Source of the DNA: Candidatus Poribacteria bacterium
GTDB taxonomy: Bacteria > Poribacteria > WGA-4E > PCPOR2b
Direction of reading: 5' to 3'
DNA: 64,000 nucleotides
NCBI GenBank assembly: GCA_965116925.1
Contig: OZ220744.1
Location: forward strand, 4,640,001 to 4,704,000
Shown: one piece after another, positions 30,395 to 39,751 of the stretch
Position numbering within the stretch: the first letter of the stretch is position 1
Layout: each line of letters opens with the position of its first letter
Notes under the pieces: generated by a model
Told to the model about the DNA's origin: nothing
The model's input: only the letters and a program-made list of their open reading frames with translations
Databases searched by the model: none
Program-made: the position numbers and the translations under genes

Positions 30395-31744
30395 ATGAAA
30401 TTATCCCAGTTTACCGTTGTCCTTAATGATTATCCGGAAACAGACCATCACCTGTTGTATCACACGCTGTCTCGCGCACTCATTGAAGTTGACAAGGCGG
30501 GAGGGGATGTGTTACAAAATCTATCAACAGATCCCCCCACCGATGCACGGGCTTTGACTTTCCTCAAGGAACTTCAGACGCAAGGGTTTATCGTTGAAAA
30601 ATCGATTAACGAGGGGGAACGTTATCTCGAATACCTGAATCAGAGCACTTCTCAGCCGGGGGGTGAGTTGAGCGTGACTTTGCTGACGAACTTGCAGCGT
30701 TGTCCGCTCGCTTGCAGTTATTGCTATCAGAAAGGGACACATACCGGGGAACGTTTGGCGGGCGATCTGTCCGAAGAGTGCCTTGATTTTATCAAGAGGC
30801 ACTGCTTAAAACTAGGTGTCGAGCGGTTATTTATCAGCTACTACGGGAGTGAGCCACTTTCTAACTTGAAGGCGATTGTTTCAACTGCGACTGAACTTCA
30901 GAGGTTTTGCCGAAAGCAGGGCATCCACTTCCGGTTCGGGATGGTGACAAATGGCGTACTCTTGACACGGAAGGTTGTTGAACAATTGCTTCCGCTCGGA
31001 TTTGCTCAAGCACAGATTACTATCGACGGAAATCAAGAGACGCATGATGCCTCGCGCCCGTTTCAGAGTGGCAAAGGCACCTATTCCACGATTATGAAAA
31101 ATCTGTCTCAATACGCGGGCCTCATCCATACCACCGTCCTCTGCGTCCTTGATGAATCCCGGATTGATGCGGCATACGAGTTGGTTGACACTTTAGCCTT
31201 GAAGGGTTACTCCCAAAAGCGGGTCCAGATGACTTTCTCACCGGTTATGCCGACATACGACAATGAAACTGTCGAGGCGGCACAGCTGTCCCTAGATAAG
31301 GCACAAATGTTGATAACAGAGAAAAAAATGGCAGTTGAAGTTGCGAAACTCTCGATTTATGCCGCAAAGAAGGGGTTACACGACGATCTTCGTCCTCAGC
31401 ACACATGGTGTGCCATGCAGCACCACGATGGACGGAATATCACCTTGGATCCCTCTGGAAAGATCTATACCTGTCCGACGTTTATCGGCCGGGATAAAAA
31501 ATATGAGGCGGGGCATATCTCTGGGGAGATTGGTGGGATTGATTTGGTTCTCAAGGAGCAGTACGTCCGTTCAGAGCAGTGTCTCTCTTGCCAGTATCTC
31601 CCCATCTGCGCCGATTGTCGCGCCGATGCTCTCTACCAGACGGGAGAGATTACCGAGGCAAATTCAAAGGAAGAGGTCTACGATAGTATTGTGCCTCTGT
31701 TGGTCAAGGCGCACTATGAATCCTCTAAGAATAGGGCTATGTGA
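30395..31744 (+). CDS. Radical SAM/SPASM peptide maturase-like enzyme
   Basis: CPLACSYC, YYGSEP, TNG, TIDG..H...R; SPASM WC...G.IYTC...CLSCQYLPICADC; ~90-aa N-terminal RRE-like extension. Confidence 0.9.
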   Translation: MKLSQFTVVLNDYPETDHHLLYHTLSRALIEVDKAGGDVLQNLSTDPPTDARALTFLKELQTQGFIVEKSINEGERYLEYLNQSTSQPGGELSVTLLTNLQRCPLACSYCYQKGTHTGERLAGDLSEECLDFIKRHCLKLGVERLFISYYGSEPLSNLKAIVSTATELQRFCRKQGIHFRFGMVTNGVLLTRKVVEQLLPLGFAQAQITIDGNQETHDASRPFQSGKGTYSTIMKNLSQYAGLIHTTVLCVLDESRIDAAYELVDTLALKGYSQKRVQMTFSPVMPTYDNETVEAAQLSLDKAQMLITEKKMAVEVAKLSIYAAKKGLHDDLRPQHTWCAMQHHDGRNITLDPSGKIYTCPTFIGRDKKYEAGHISGEIGGIDLVLKEQYVRSEQCLSCQYLPICADCRADALYQTGEITEANSKEEVYDSIVPLLVKAHYESSKNRAM

Positions 31745-32051
31745 TAGTGGATCCTAGAATTAATGAGACACTCCAAACCGCCCCGGTTTGCACCCAGGCC
31801 CAGTAGGTTCGGTTTCCTAACCAAACCGGCCTTCTACGCAACCTACTAGACCTAGCATGGCTTCTATAACTAGTTTTCCGTCCCCACAAGAGTCAAGCAA
31901 GTTTTGTTGGATTCAAGGTTTTTGCCTAAGATTCGGTGCGGTTGGAAACCGCACCTACCGGGGTCATAGCCCGATTTTCCCATCCCCGGTAGGCGAGGTT
32001 TCCTAACCTCGCCGATTTGCAGTGTCCAATTAATTCTAAAATCTACCATAG
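31743..32051. mobile_element. MITE family B copy containing GTAG-type REP hairpins
   Basis: Inverted ends ATAGTGGATCCTAGAATTAAT / ATTAATTCTAAAATCTACCAT. Confidence 0.65.
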
Positions 32052-32078
32052 TACGAAAGACCCGATTAGCTTATACAA

Positions 32079-33683
32079 ATGTCCAAAATCGATACCCTCC
32101 TCAAATTTATTGCCTATCAAAAGCAACACCCCCAAGCCAACGACAAAGAAATTGCCCAAGGGATTGGAATGTCAGCGCGACATGTCAGCCGGTGCAGAAA
32201 AGAGGTGAACCTTCTCAAACACCAGTTGGCTGAACCAACCTTGCAACCGGGACAGATCCAATTTATATTGTCACTGCTGAACCGACGGGAACCGGATCAG
32301 CAGGAGATTGCCCAACAGCTTCAAAAGCAGATGGGGGTCTCCTACACCGGAAGCCTTCGTGCCACGCGCCCCAATGAGGAGGCACCTGTTAGCTGGCTCG
32401 AAATCGGCGAGTTGATTCCAGTTGAAATGGGGGCTTTAGACCGCTTGCACCCAGTACTAAGTTTCTGGCTGCAAAACCTGTGCTATGATCCCCTCCTGAT
32501 GTCTCACCGAAATGGCGAAATCGAAGGACGGCTCGCAACAGGTTGCGAGGCGGTGCAAGGAAATTCGGAGTGGCATCTGACCTTGAGAAAAGACCTGCGT
32601 TGGAACGATGGAAAACCGATTACCCTTGAAGAGGTGATCGCGGCGTTTGCTGCGAGCCGCATCGCGCCGATTATCGCAGAGATGAAACCGGATGGCAAGG
32701 ACCAACTTCGAGTTCAACTTACTCAAGAGGACCCGTTCTTTCCACTTCGTCTGCGCAATATCTCCCCACTACCTTCCCACGCGTCCCAACCCTACCGTGT
32801 GATCTCAGGTCCCTATCGACTGAAGTATTTCCGTCCGGATGCCATGACCTTTCGCTTTGAGCCGAATCCAGATTACTATCGTGAGGGAAATCCCCACATT
32901 GATTGGTTGACCGTAAGGCGCTTCACACTACCCGCCAATGCGGTTAAGGCAGTTGAAAATGGGACACTGGATCTGCTTTTTGTCCCTTTTTATGCGATGC
33001 AGTCCCTCTACCAATTCCCAACGACGGTGCCTTGTCAACAGTGGCCCTTTTTTGAAGATAACTACTACGCCCTATTCCTCAACCGCTATCATGGACCTCT
33101 TTCGGACAAAAAGAACTGTAGGCTGCTTAAAGGAGCCATCGATTATCAGACAATCAACCTCTACCTGCGCATGGGACAGGTTGTTGAGGAAGAAAATCTC
33201 CCATCACTTCCTCACTCCCCTTTTGACATTCGGATTGCCTGCTCACGCGGCAGCTTTCGCTATTTGGCTCATCTCATCGGAAAGTCAGCGGGTTCTTCTG
33301 TGGTGAATCCTATCTCTGTCAAAGGGGAGATGCGGGAGGAGGCGGATGCCTTTTTAACGCAGTTCTTTTTCGGTTTTGGATACAGCAATCTTTCGCAATT
33401 CTTCCACTCCGACGGAGAACACAACTTTTTCGGCTACTCCAGTCCCCAAGTTGATGAGATGCTCTCTCAGCTCAACGGAATGTCGAACCCAAGCGCAAGA
33501 AGTAGGATTGGGCGGCAGGTATTGTCCCTCATACAGGAAGATTTCGCGGCGATCCTGTTGGCACCCTGCTTCCAATATACACTCTCGCCGTTAGAAATCC
33601 AGTTCGACGATAGCCTCACCGATACGATCGATCTGATTCAAAACATGAGCCAACTCACCGTGGAACGTCACCGGACCGGTTAG
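32079..33683 (+). CDS. HTH + family-5 solute-binding-domain protein (SgrR-like architecture)
   Basis: DKEIAQGIGMSARHVSRCR HTH; LRKDLRWNDGKPITLEEV, SGPYRL, FEPNPDYY SBP5 motifs; no signal peptide or lipobox. Confidence 0.8.
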   Translation: MSKIDTLLKFIAYQKQHPQANDKEIAQGIGMSARHVSRCRKEVNLLKHQLAEPTLQPGQIQFILSLLNRREPDQQEIAQQLQKQMGVSYTGSLRATRPNEEAPVSWLEIGELIPVEMGALDRLHPVLSFWLQNLCYDPLLMSHRNGEIEGRLATGCEAVQGNSEWHLTLRKDLRWNDGKPITLEEVIAAFAASRIAPIIAEMKPDGKDQLRVQLTQEDPFFPLRLRNISPLPSHASQPYRVISGPYRLKYFRPDAMTFRFEPNPDYYREGNPHIDWLTVRRFTLPANAVKAVENGTLDLLFVPFYAMQSLYQFPTTVPCQQWPFFEDNYYALFLNRYHGPLSDKKNCRLLKGAIDYQTINLYLRMGQVVEEENLPSLPHSPFDIRIACSRGSFRYLAHLIGKSAGSSVVNPISVKGEMREEADAFLTQFFFGFGYSNLSQFFHSDGEHNFFGYSSPQVDEMLSQLNGMSNPSARSRIGRQVLSLIQEDFAAILLAPCFQYTLSPLEIQFDDSLTDTIDLIQNMSQLTVERHRTG

Positions 33684-33754
33684 TAATAGTTGCTAGCAAC
33701 ATTTACTAATAATCGGGCGAATCGCTTCAATGACTTTTTTAACATTTGCCGTTG

Positions 33755-33797
33755 AAAGCCTGATGCTGACTGACTTTGGAGCATCAGCGTTTTCTTT
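33755..33797 (+). terminator. Probable intrinsic terminator
   Basis: CTGATGCT...AGCATCAG stem followed by CGTTTTCTTT. Confidence 0.55.
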
Positions 33798-33811
33798 GGC
33801 ACGGTAATTGC
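33797..33811 (+). promoter_or_regulatory. Sigma54 (-24/-12) promoter
   Basis: TGGCAC-GGTAA-TTGC, matching TGGCAC-N5-TTGC with GG-N10-GC spacing. Confidence 0.75.
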
Positions 33812-33912
33812 CCCTACTTGAGATTGTCCCGAATCAAAGATTCGGAAGAGTTCTATCTCTAACAGCAGAAGTAGATTGCTTGCTTCTGCAAATCCGAAAG
33901 GAGTTACTCATA

Positions 33913-34110
33913 ATGTTACGGAAAGCATTGATACTCGGAATGGTTTTCATTTTCGCACTGAGCCTATTGGCCGTGTCAATGATTACATGTTTTACCCATG
34001 AAGCAGAGGCACACGACTGGCAGCACCCGGGCGTTCACTGGAATTGCGGGGACGACGGGGTTTTCCACTTTGATCCAGGCTTCGCTGGCTGCACTTGGGA
34101 AACACATTAA
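33913..34110 (+). CDS. Secreted His/Cys-rich small peptide, paralog 1 (65 aa)
   Basis: AAAGGAG RBS; signal peptide ending AEA; mature HDWQHPGVHWNCGDDGVFHFDPGFAGCTWETH; paralog at 39468. Confidence 0.85.
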   Translation: MLRKALILGMVFIFALSLLAVSMITCFTHEAEAHDWQHPGVHWNCGDDGVFHFDPGFAGCTWETH

Positions 34111-34122
34111 AATTGGGCCTCT

Positions 34123-34164
34123 TCGTTATGCTAAAAGCCTATGGCGAGGCTTTTAGCATAACGA
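34123..34164. terminator. Perfect 18-bp hairpin after peptide 1
   Basis: TCGTTATGCTAAAAGCCT-N6-AGGCTTTTAGCATAACGA; conserved at 39710-39751; no U-tract. Confidence 0.7.
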
Positions 34165-34211
34165 CCTACCTGCTTTACCATCTGTTTGGTCCTAATTTGC
34201 TTGGTCCTAAG

Positions 34212-34532
34212 TACCTTGATTTCATCCAATGAATGCGGGGTTCTATACATTTCTCAAGCGTCCACAAATGTAGGCCGGCATTGAGCAGAAGCCGAGTCAA
34301 AAGGGCACCAACAGACTCCAGAAACCTTTTGACCGCAAAAGAGGCGAAATTCGCTCATTTTGCCCCTTTTTGCCTCATTGCTGAAAAGTTGGATCCCTGT
34401 CGTAGCAAGGGTGGAAAAGGTTCGCTGTGGAAATCTTGACCCTTTGAGATTGCTTGATAATGCACCGGCACTGGGTTGATTAGCCTTTGACAGATCAATA
34501 ACACCCTTACTTGCTTGGACAAAAATTAGGTA
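34212..34532. mobile_element. Possible IS remnant with imperfect terminal IRs
   Basis: TACCTTGATTTCATCCAA / TTGGACAAAAATTAGGTA; absent from the homologous position after peptide 2. Confidence 0.45.
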
Positions 34533-34622
34533 TTTACAAATGACTCTAGATGAACACTCCTCCCCGTAATGAAGCGATTACGTTGCCTTCCTACTCCGAA
34601 GGAGGGCAACATTTGAAAAGAG

Positions 34623-34780
34623 TAGGACTTACACGTTTTAGTAGGGAACAACAATTGTCGTTCCCTACAGACATCTTATAGGGCCTCTGCTGTAGTTGCT
34701 CGTTTCTTAATCCCGATGTATCGGGGCGGCGATAAATCCCCGAACTACAAAACCTTGAGCGTTCAACTGCGTCAGTCCTA
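34623..34780. mobile_element. MITE family A
   Basis: TAGGACTTACAC...TGCGTCAGTCCTA with AAGAG duplication. Confidence 0.75.
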
Positions 34781-34986
34781 AAGAGAATAGAATGAACAAA
34801 AGGTTAGCGAAAAACATCCTCCAAACGATTGGTGGTGTTCTCGCGCTAATAGCTTTTCAGAAAATATTTGCTAATTACGGATTATGAAGAAGGCATGAAG
34901 CGGATATTGGCAAAGCAGATACAGCAAATCCTTGAACGAGAAAAACAACCTAATCTAACCTCTACTGTTGCACAATCCACCTCCCA

Positions 34987-36690
34987 ATGAAACCGTTCTC
35001 CCAGAAAACTTCCTCAATTTTTTTTGCCGTGTGTTTATTCGTTGTTGCAAGTGCATCTCGATTGTTCTCTCTGGGGGCACACTGGACCTCTGATGAGGTT
35101 GGGTGGCTAGACCATAGTACGGTGTTTATGGCCGCAGTCGAGATGGGTGCCTTTTCAGAAACTCTGGTCACTTTTCATCCCGGTGTCATAACGATATGGC
35201 TTGCTGCCCTCCGCACCTTTTTTACCGAACCGCATATAAGTGTTCAAGGTTTAGCGTTAGCCCGGTGGTTCATCGGTGTCGCCCTGTTAAGCGGAATTGG
35301 TGTAGCAGCGATGCTGCTGTATCGATTGCTTGGACGTTGGGTTGCGGTCATCGGTGCGACGTTTCTGTCCTTCTCTCCACTCTTTTTAGCCCAATCCCGT
35401 CGCGTCCACACCGATGCCTTGGCGTCGATGTTTGTCCTGTTGACAGTCCTATCCCTCCTACTCTATTGTGGGGCACCCCAAAAACGCCGTTACCTTATCG
35501 GTTCTGGAATTGCATTCGGTCTAGCCTGCCTTGCCAAAAGCAACTCCCTTATTCTGCTCTTGTGGCTGCCTATCTGCTTCGTCCTGTTTCGGAATCGGGA
35601 GGAGACGTGGCGGCAGTTCTTTCTCCGGGGGCTTGGAGGGTGCCTCTGTTTCCTGAGTTGCACGCTACTCACCGTTTTCGCGCTGTGGCCCCTCTTTTGG
35701 AATCCCGTCTTTCTGATGTTTGGGGTGTGTCTGTTAGGTGTCACGCTGCTTGCGGATCGGGAGTTACAGAAAGGGGCACATGGACGACTCACCCTATATT
35801 TGGTATCGGTGGTGGTGGTAGGTGTGGTATCCGGCTATATGGTCCGAACCGTATGGCGGGTGTTCGATGGCGTTGCGTGGGCGATTACCACACCGCATAA
35901 CGTCGAACACTTCTTCCTCGGACAGGTGTTATATGACCCCGGCTGGCTCTTCTACCCGTTGGTGCTCTGTACAGAGACCACGCCGTTAACCCTTCCCTTA
36001 GTATTCGCTGGGTGTCTCTTTCTGTGGAGGAAACGCCATCAGGAAGGGTATGCGCGACAGTTTCGGATAGCACTCGCGTTGGTGGCGGTTGTCCTACTGT
36101 TCACCCTCTGTCTCTCGCTGACAAGCAAAAAGTTTAGTCGATATCTGCTACCCGCTTTCCCAATTCTGGAGATACTTGCCGCCATCGGCTTTTTTGAGTT
36201 TCTTAAATGGGGTTACTCCTATATCGACTCCCGTTTTGGGACCGAGACAAACTCCCAAAAACTCACCTTTTCTATCGTGACCCTCCTCTGTCTCTTCCTG
36301 ATCCAAATCCTGCCGGTCCTACGGCTTCACCCCTACTACGGCACCTACTACAACCTCTGCTTCAAACTCACTGATATCAGAAAAATTATCACAGTTGGCG
36401 CAGGTGCGGGGTATGATCTTGCGGCAAAATACCTAAATAGGAAGCCAAATGCACAAGCGCTACGGGTTCACACCTTTCCACCAAGTGCCCAATTCTTTTA
36501 TCAATACTTTATTGGACAGTCCTCCTGGTCCGAATCAGGTGAAGTGGCCGTCCCAGATTATGAGGTGGTCCATCTCCGCGAATCCCAAGCGGGATGGGTG
36601 CCGCAAACGGGAACGCTCAACGGACAGCTAGAACACGTGATAACCCTCAACGGCATTGACTATGTTTGGATTTATAGGATACCACGATAG
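34987..36690 (+). CDS. GT-C membrane glycosyltransferase (ArnT/PMT-like)
   Basis: WTSDE, HPG, SRRVHTD, RYLLP; many TM segments. Confidence 0.85.
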   Translation: MKPFSQKTSSIFFAVCLFVVASASRLFSLGAHWTSDEVGWLDHSTVFMAAVEMGAFSETLVTFHPGVITIWLAALRTFFTEPHISVQGLALARWFIGVALLSGIGVAAMLLYRLLGRWVAVIGATFLSFSPLFLAQSRRVHTDALASMFVLLTVLSLLLYCGAPQKRRYLIGSGIAFGLACLAKSNSLILLLWLPICFVLFRNREETWRQFFLRGLGGCLCFLSCTLLTVFALWPLFWNPVFLMFGVCLLGVTLLADRELQKGAHGRLTLYLVSVVVVGVVSGYMVRTVWRVFDGVAWAITTPHNVEHFFLGQVLYDPGWLFYPLVLCTETTPLTLPLVFAGCLFLWRKRHQEGYARQFRIALALVAVVLLFTLCLSLTSKKFSRYLLPAFPILEILAAIGFFEFLKWGYSYIDSRFGTETNSQKLTFSIVTLLCLFLIQILPVLRLHPYYGTYYNLCFKLTDIRKIITVGAGAGYDLAAKYLNRKPNAQALRVHTFPPSAQFFYQYFIGQSSWSESGEVAVPDYEVVHLRESQAGWVPQTGTLNGQLEHVITLNGIDYVWIYRIPR

Positions 36691-37132
36691 GCTGAATGGG
36701 GAGGTAAAATAGCCTATATAAGTTGATTTCTAACGAGCACAAAATTATTGTCTGAATCGCGGATTAACCAGATGACGCGGATTGCGCGGATTCATGTATG
36801 AATCAAGATTTAAGGATTTACAGGATACTCCTCAGCCCCTGAACTAATGTTAGGAGCGTTGAGGATTCGCTAGGTAAATGTAGGGAACGCAGATCTGCGT
36901 TCCCTACGATGCCCCAAAAGGGTAGGCGTATCAGGAGAAGGATTTCCGCAGCCCAAACCCACAGTGGGAGAGGCTGCCTCGCCTCAATGTATACGCTATC
37001 GGTCTCATTAGCGATTCAGACACGTGCCACATGTCGCCCCGCTGGGGCTAAATGAACCAACGACCCTGTTCCCATTTTCACCCATTGGCTCATGTTAAGA
37101 AATCGTGCAACAGGGATCTGGGATGGAAGAAA

Positions 37133-37164
37133 GAAACCGAGTTTTCAAGAAAAAACTCGGTTTC
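37133..37164. repeat. Palindromic repeat copy 4
   Basis: GAAACCGAGTTTTCAAGAAAAAACTCGGTTTC. Confidence 0.85.
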
Positions 37165-37190
37165 AAACCTCAAATACCTAAAAACCTACG

Positions 37191-37973
37191 ATGAATCTGA
37201 TTAAACTCCTATCTACCGATTTTTTCACCGGTCAAATCTTGTTCTCAGGGAAGGGGTTGCTCGATATCCTGTGGTTTCTCATCCGCAACCCCCAAGTAAA
37301 GTCTCTAAGACTCGCTGTGCTCATCCTGCAGCTGATCCCCAAATATACAAAGGTGTCGGTGAAGCGACTGATAAATCTCTACCGCTTGACACAAAAGGTA
37401 AACAAACTGAGATTACCCGGAGATATAGTCGAGTGTGGGGTGTGGAATGGCGGATCTGCCGCCATGATGGGGGTAGCGGACCGAGACGATGAAACCTCCG
37501 GCAAAGTCAGGAAGTTATGGCTATTTGATTCGTTTCGTGGGCTGCCACCGCCAAGCAACAGAGACGGAAAACAGGCAAGGGAAACCTATTTTCAAGGGTG
37601 GTGTCACGGTGAGACGGAGAAGGTTAAACAAATTTTCCGGCGATTTCGGCTCTCGTTACAGCATATCAACATTGTTCCCGGGTGGTTTGATGAAACATTG
37701 CAGACAGCAGATCTTCAAACCATCGCTCTCCTGCATATTGACGCCGATTGGTATGCGTCGGTCAAGATAGTTTTAGAAACCTTATATGATAAAGTGGTTG
37801 AAGGCGGGTTTGTTGTCTTGGATGATTATTGGAGATGGCCCGGATGCCGTGAGGCGGTAACAGATTATCTCAAAGAACATCAGATTCAAGGGGTAGTATT
37901 AAAAAAAGCGGACCTACACGGCGTTTATTTTCAAAAACCGCACCGATGCAGAGGAGAAACAGTCGATAATTGA
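37191..37973 (+). CDS. TylF/MycF-family sugar O-methyltransferase
   Basis: GDIVECGVWNGGS, LFDSFRGLP, GWFDETL, LHIDADWY, LDDY. Confidence 0.9.
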   Translation: MNLIKLLSTDFFTGQILFSGKGLLDILWFLIRNPQVKSLRLAVLILQLIPKYTKVSVKRLINLYRLTQKVNKLRLPGDIVECGVWNGGSAAMMGVADRDDETSGKVRKLWLFDSFRGLPPPSNRDGKQARETYFQGWCHGETEKVKQIFRRFRLSLQHINIVPGWFDETLQTADLQTIALLHIDADWYASVKIVLETLYDKVVEGGFVVLDDYWRWPGCREAVTDYLKEHQIQGVVLKKADLHGVYFQKPHRCRGETVDN

Positions 37974-37975
37974 TG

Positions 37976-38992
37976 TTATCGGTCGATCTGTTTGAGCCGT
38001 CCCCACATTGTAAACTTTTTGCCAGAGGAAGAGACCGAAAAAGGAGAGTTAAACCATGCAGGATTAATGTCATCATGATGGGGATTATTGGTGAGGTTTT
38101 GAAGATTCTTACCATTGACGTTCATCACGTAGATTTCTGCGCCCCCCTTCCTGTAGGACGCGAAGGCAATCCGTTTACCATCAGGGGACCATGAGGGATC
38201 TCTGTCATTCTGGCGATTTTTTGTGAGTCTTCGTTCATTCTGTCCATCGGCATCCATCACGTAGATTTCAAAGTTTTGAAGTTCCCCCTTTCCATCAGAC
38301 GCGAAGACAATCCGTTTACCGTCCGGTGACCATGAGGGATACCAGTCATTCTTTCGATTTTCAGTAAGTCTTTGTTCATTCCCCCCATCGGCGTCCATTA
38401 CGTAGATTTCATAAGTGATTCCAAATTTGTTTTCAAAGTGCCCATCTCTACGGGCACTGAAGACAATGCGTTCACCGTCGGGGGACCATGAGGGATGCCT
38501 GTCATCATCACCATCGGGATTTTTAGTGAGTCTTTGTTCATTTTGCCTATCGGCATCCATCACGTAGATTTCATAGTTAAAACGCCCATCCCTATCAGAC
38601 GTGAAAGCAATCCGTTTACCGTCGGGGGACCATGAGGGATCCCACTCATGCCCGGGATTTTCAGTAAGTCTCTGCTGATTATCCCCATCGGCGTCCATCA
38701 CGTAGACTTCATAAGTGATTATAAGACCGTGTCTAAAGCCATCTCTATTAGAAAGAAAAACAATGCGCTTGCCGTCGGGAGACCATGAGGGGTCCCTATC
38801 ATCGGAAGGATTGTTAGAGAGGTTTTGCTGATTCTCCCCATCAACATCCATCACGTAAATTTCCCAGTTCCCATCCCTCTTAGACGAGAAGGCAATTTGT
38901 GCCTGTGAGTCAACGCATACCATCAGCGGCGTTAGACCCAACACTACAACGATAGCTAAAACCAAATGTCCGAGATTGTCCCTTCGGTGCAT
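37976..38992 (-). CDS. Secreted PD40/TolB-like beta-propeller, paralog 1
   Basis: Repeated EIYVMDADG...RLT...PSWSPDG; signal peptide; GKKFTMWGRLK tail. Confidence 0.9.
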   Translation of the reverse strand: MHRRDNLGHLVLAIVVVLGLTPLMVCVDSQAQIAFSSKRDGNWEIYVMDVDGENQQNLSNNPSDDRDPSWSPDGKRIVFLSNRDGFRHGLIITYEVYVMDADGDNQQRLTENPGHEWDPSWSPDGKRIAFTSDRDGRFNYEIYVMDADRQNEQRLTKNPDGDDDRHPSWSPDGERIVFSARRDGHFENKFGITYEIYVMDADGGNEQRLTENRKNDWYPSWSPDGKRIVFASDGKGELQNFEIYVMDADGQNERRLTKNRQNDRDPSWSPDGKRIAFASYRKGGAEIYVMNVNGKNLQNLTNNPHHDDINPAWFNSPFSVSSSGKKFTMWGRLKQIDR

Positions 38993-39221
38993 CTGTTATT
39001 CCTCCTCTGTTTTCAAATCGTATTTTTTATCCTTTGGGGTTGATAGAGATAAGCTCGTGTTGGCAATTCTTTCCAATTAAAGGGTGGCGTGTGCATAAAT
39101 ATATCTTTTATTACAAACTATTTGAGTAATTTATGCAAAACTGTACCAAAATAAGGCATCAAACAAACAAAATCACTAACATATTCCACCGCGAAACATT
39201 ATGCACGCCCCTCAATTATGA

Positions 39222-39290
39222 AGTATATCAACCAATAACCTTAAAATGCCAGCTAAATTTAAGGGGACTGGACATATTATGTCATAACTC
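39222..39290. promoter_or_regulatory. Promoter/operator module copy C
   Basis: Minus-strand TGnTATACT, CCAG, GACAT-N3-ATGTC at the same spacing as A and B. Confidence 0.7.
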
Positions 39291-39467
39291 TCCCAAAAGT
39301 GACTTGAATTGTTATCGGTTGGCTGGTATTTTATAATTGTAACGGGGCAGATAAATTCGTGAACTGTAAAAGTTGTTCATGCCTGTCCCGAAATTGGAAG
39401 ATTTAGAAGTTCTATCTCTAGCAGCAGAAACCGATTACTTCTGCAAATCTGAAAGGAGTTAACCATA

Positions 39468-39683
39468 ATGTTAAGAAAAGCATTGACCCTCGGAACGGTT
39501 TTCATTTTAGCACTAAGCCTGTTGGCTGTGTCAATGATTACATGTTTTACCTATGACTCAGAGGCAGACCCTGGGCACGCAGGCGATCACTGGGATTGCG
39601 GGGACGCCGGGATTTTCCACCATGATCCAGGCCCGCCCTTGGACTGCACATTTATCCCCGGTGGCCATGTTACTGGAGAATAG
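39468..39683 (+). CDS. Secreted His/Cys-rich small peptide, paralog 2 (71 aa)
   Basis: Near-identical signal peptide, leader and hairpin to 33913; mature DPGHAGDHWDCGDAGIFHHDPGPPLDCTFIPGGHVTGE. Confidence 0.85.
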   Translation: MLRKALTLGTVFILALSLLAVSMITCFTYDSEADPGHAGDHWDCGDAGIFHHDPGPPLDCTFIPGGHVTGE

Positions 39684-39709
39684 ACTTCAGTGGTGCAAAT
39701 CAGGCACCT

Positions 39710-39751
39710 TCGTTATGCTAAAAGTCTTGTCATAGGCTTTTAGCATAACGA
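39710..39751. terminator. Hairpin after peptide 2
   Basis: Same stem as 34123-34164 with a different loop. Confidence 0.7.

Noticed and set aside
33808..33912. Longer TTG start for peptide 1 (100 aa)
   Set aside because: Overlaps the sigma54 promoter; the paralog and RBS support ATG 33913
34792..34887. 31-aa ORF MNKRLAKNILQTIGGVLALIAFQKIFANYGL
   Set aside because: No convincing RBS, abuts a MITE end, no paralog; cannot be supported
39134..39149. Minus-strand TGGTACAGTTTTGCA as a sigma54 promoter for TolB-1
   Set aside because: GG-GC spacing is 9, not the required 10
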